DNA from: Octopus bimaculoides
Taxonomy: Eukaryota
Direction of reading: 5' to 3'
NCBI RefSeq assembly: GCF_001194135.2
Contig: NC_068986.1
Span: 22,140,020 to 22,204,019, forward strand
Length of the DNA: 64,000 nt
Part shown: positions 63,646-64,000 of the stretch, one piece after another
Position numbering within the stretch: the stretch's first letter is position 1
Layout: every line of letters starts with the position of its first letter
Notes under the pieces: generated by a model
The model's input: only the letters and a program-made list of their open reading frames with translations
Databases searched by the model: none
What the model was told of the DNA's origin: nothing
Position numbers and translations under genes: made by a program

Positions 63646-64000
63646 ATGTACAGAGATGCGGCCAGTAAGGTGAGGGTTGGAAATGAGTACAGCAATGAAT
63701 TCCGGGTAGAGGTAGGGGTCCACCAAGGTTCCGTCCTCAGCCCCCTATTATTTACCATAGTCCTCCAGGCAATCACAGAGGAGTTCAAGACAGGTTGCCC
63801 CTGGGAGCTCCTCTATGCTGATGACCTTGCCCTAATTGCGGAGTCACTATCAGAACTAGAGGAGAAGTTTCAGGTGTGGAAGCAAGGTCTAGAATTGAAG
63901 GGCCTTAGAGTCAACCTAGCTAAAACCAAAATCCTAATAAGTAGGAAGGTAGATAAAACACAAACCCCTTCAGGTAGATGGCCCTGCTCAGTATGTAGAA
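63646..64000 (+). mobile_element. 5'-truncated RTE-type LINE, reverse transcriptase fragment, open to the window end
   Basis: Uninterrupted 118 codons: MYRDAASKVRVGNEYSNEFRVEVGVHQGSVLSPLLFTIVLQAITEEFKTGCPWELLYADDLALIAES...GLRVNLAKTK, with GVxQGSVLSP and YADD motifs. Confidence 0.9.

Overview
AT-rich, microsatellite- and SINE-laden eukaryotic genomic DNA from a gapped draft assembly with 8 N-runs. The SINE families and repeat make-up suggest an octopod cephalopod (inference). Most of the window is one minus-strand, six-exon Rab40-family gene (Rab GTPase domain + SOCS box + C-terminal CCIS). Coding exons are 57345-57504, 21232-21292, 9831-9891, 6766-6843, 5813-6035 and 3894-4132. They splice in frame through GT-AG sites to an 822-nt CDS (273 aa); intron 1 is about 36 kb. 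The rest is intron, UTR or flank, filled with about five SINE-like families, piggyBac-like and hAT-like MITEs, Penelope/RTE/CR1-jockey LINE remnants, a Helitron-like element and simple repeats. Almost all ORFs in the supplied track are noise. I found no clearly new multi-gene system. The best leads are the CCIS lipidation motif, codons that A-to-I editing could recode, a candidate 5'UTR intron with a uORF, two antisense exon-like segments, a SINE-internal minisatellite with a 7-mer higher-order period, a LINE/SINE shared 3' tail and several inverted SINE pairs. Repeat boundaries are approximate and family names come from motif recognition, not database searches.
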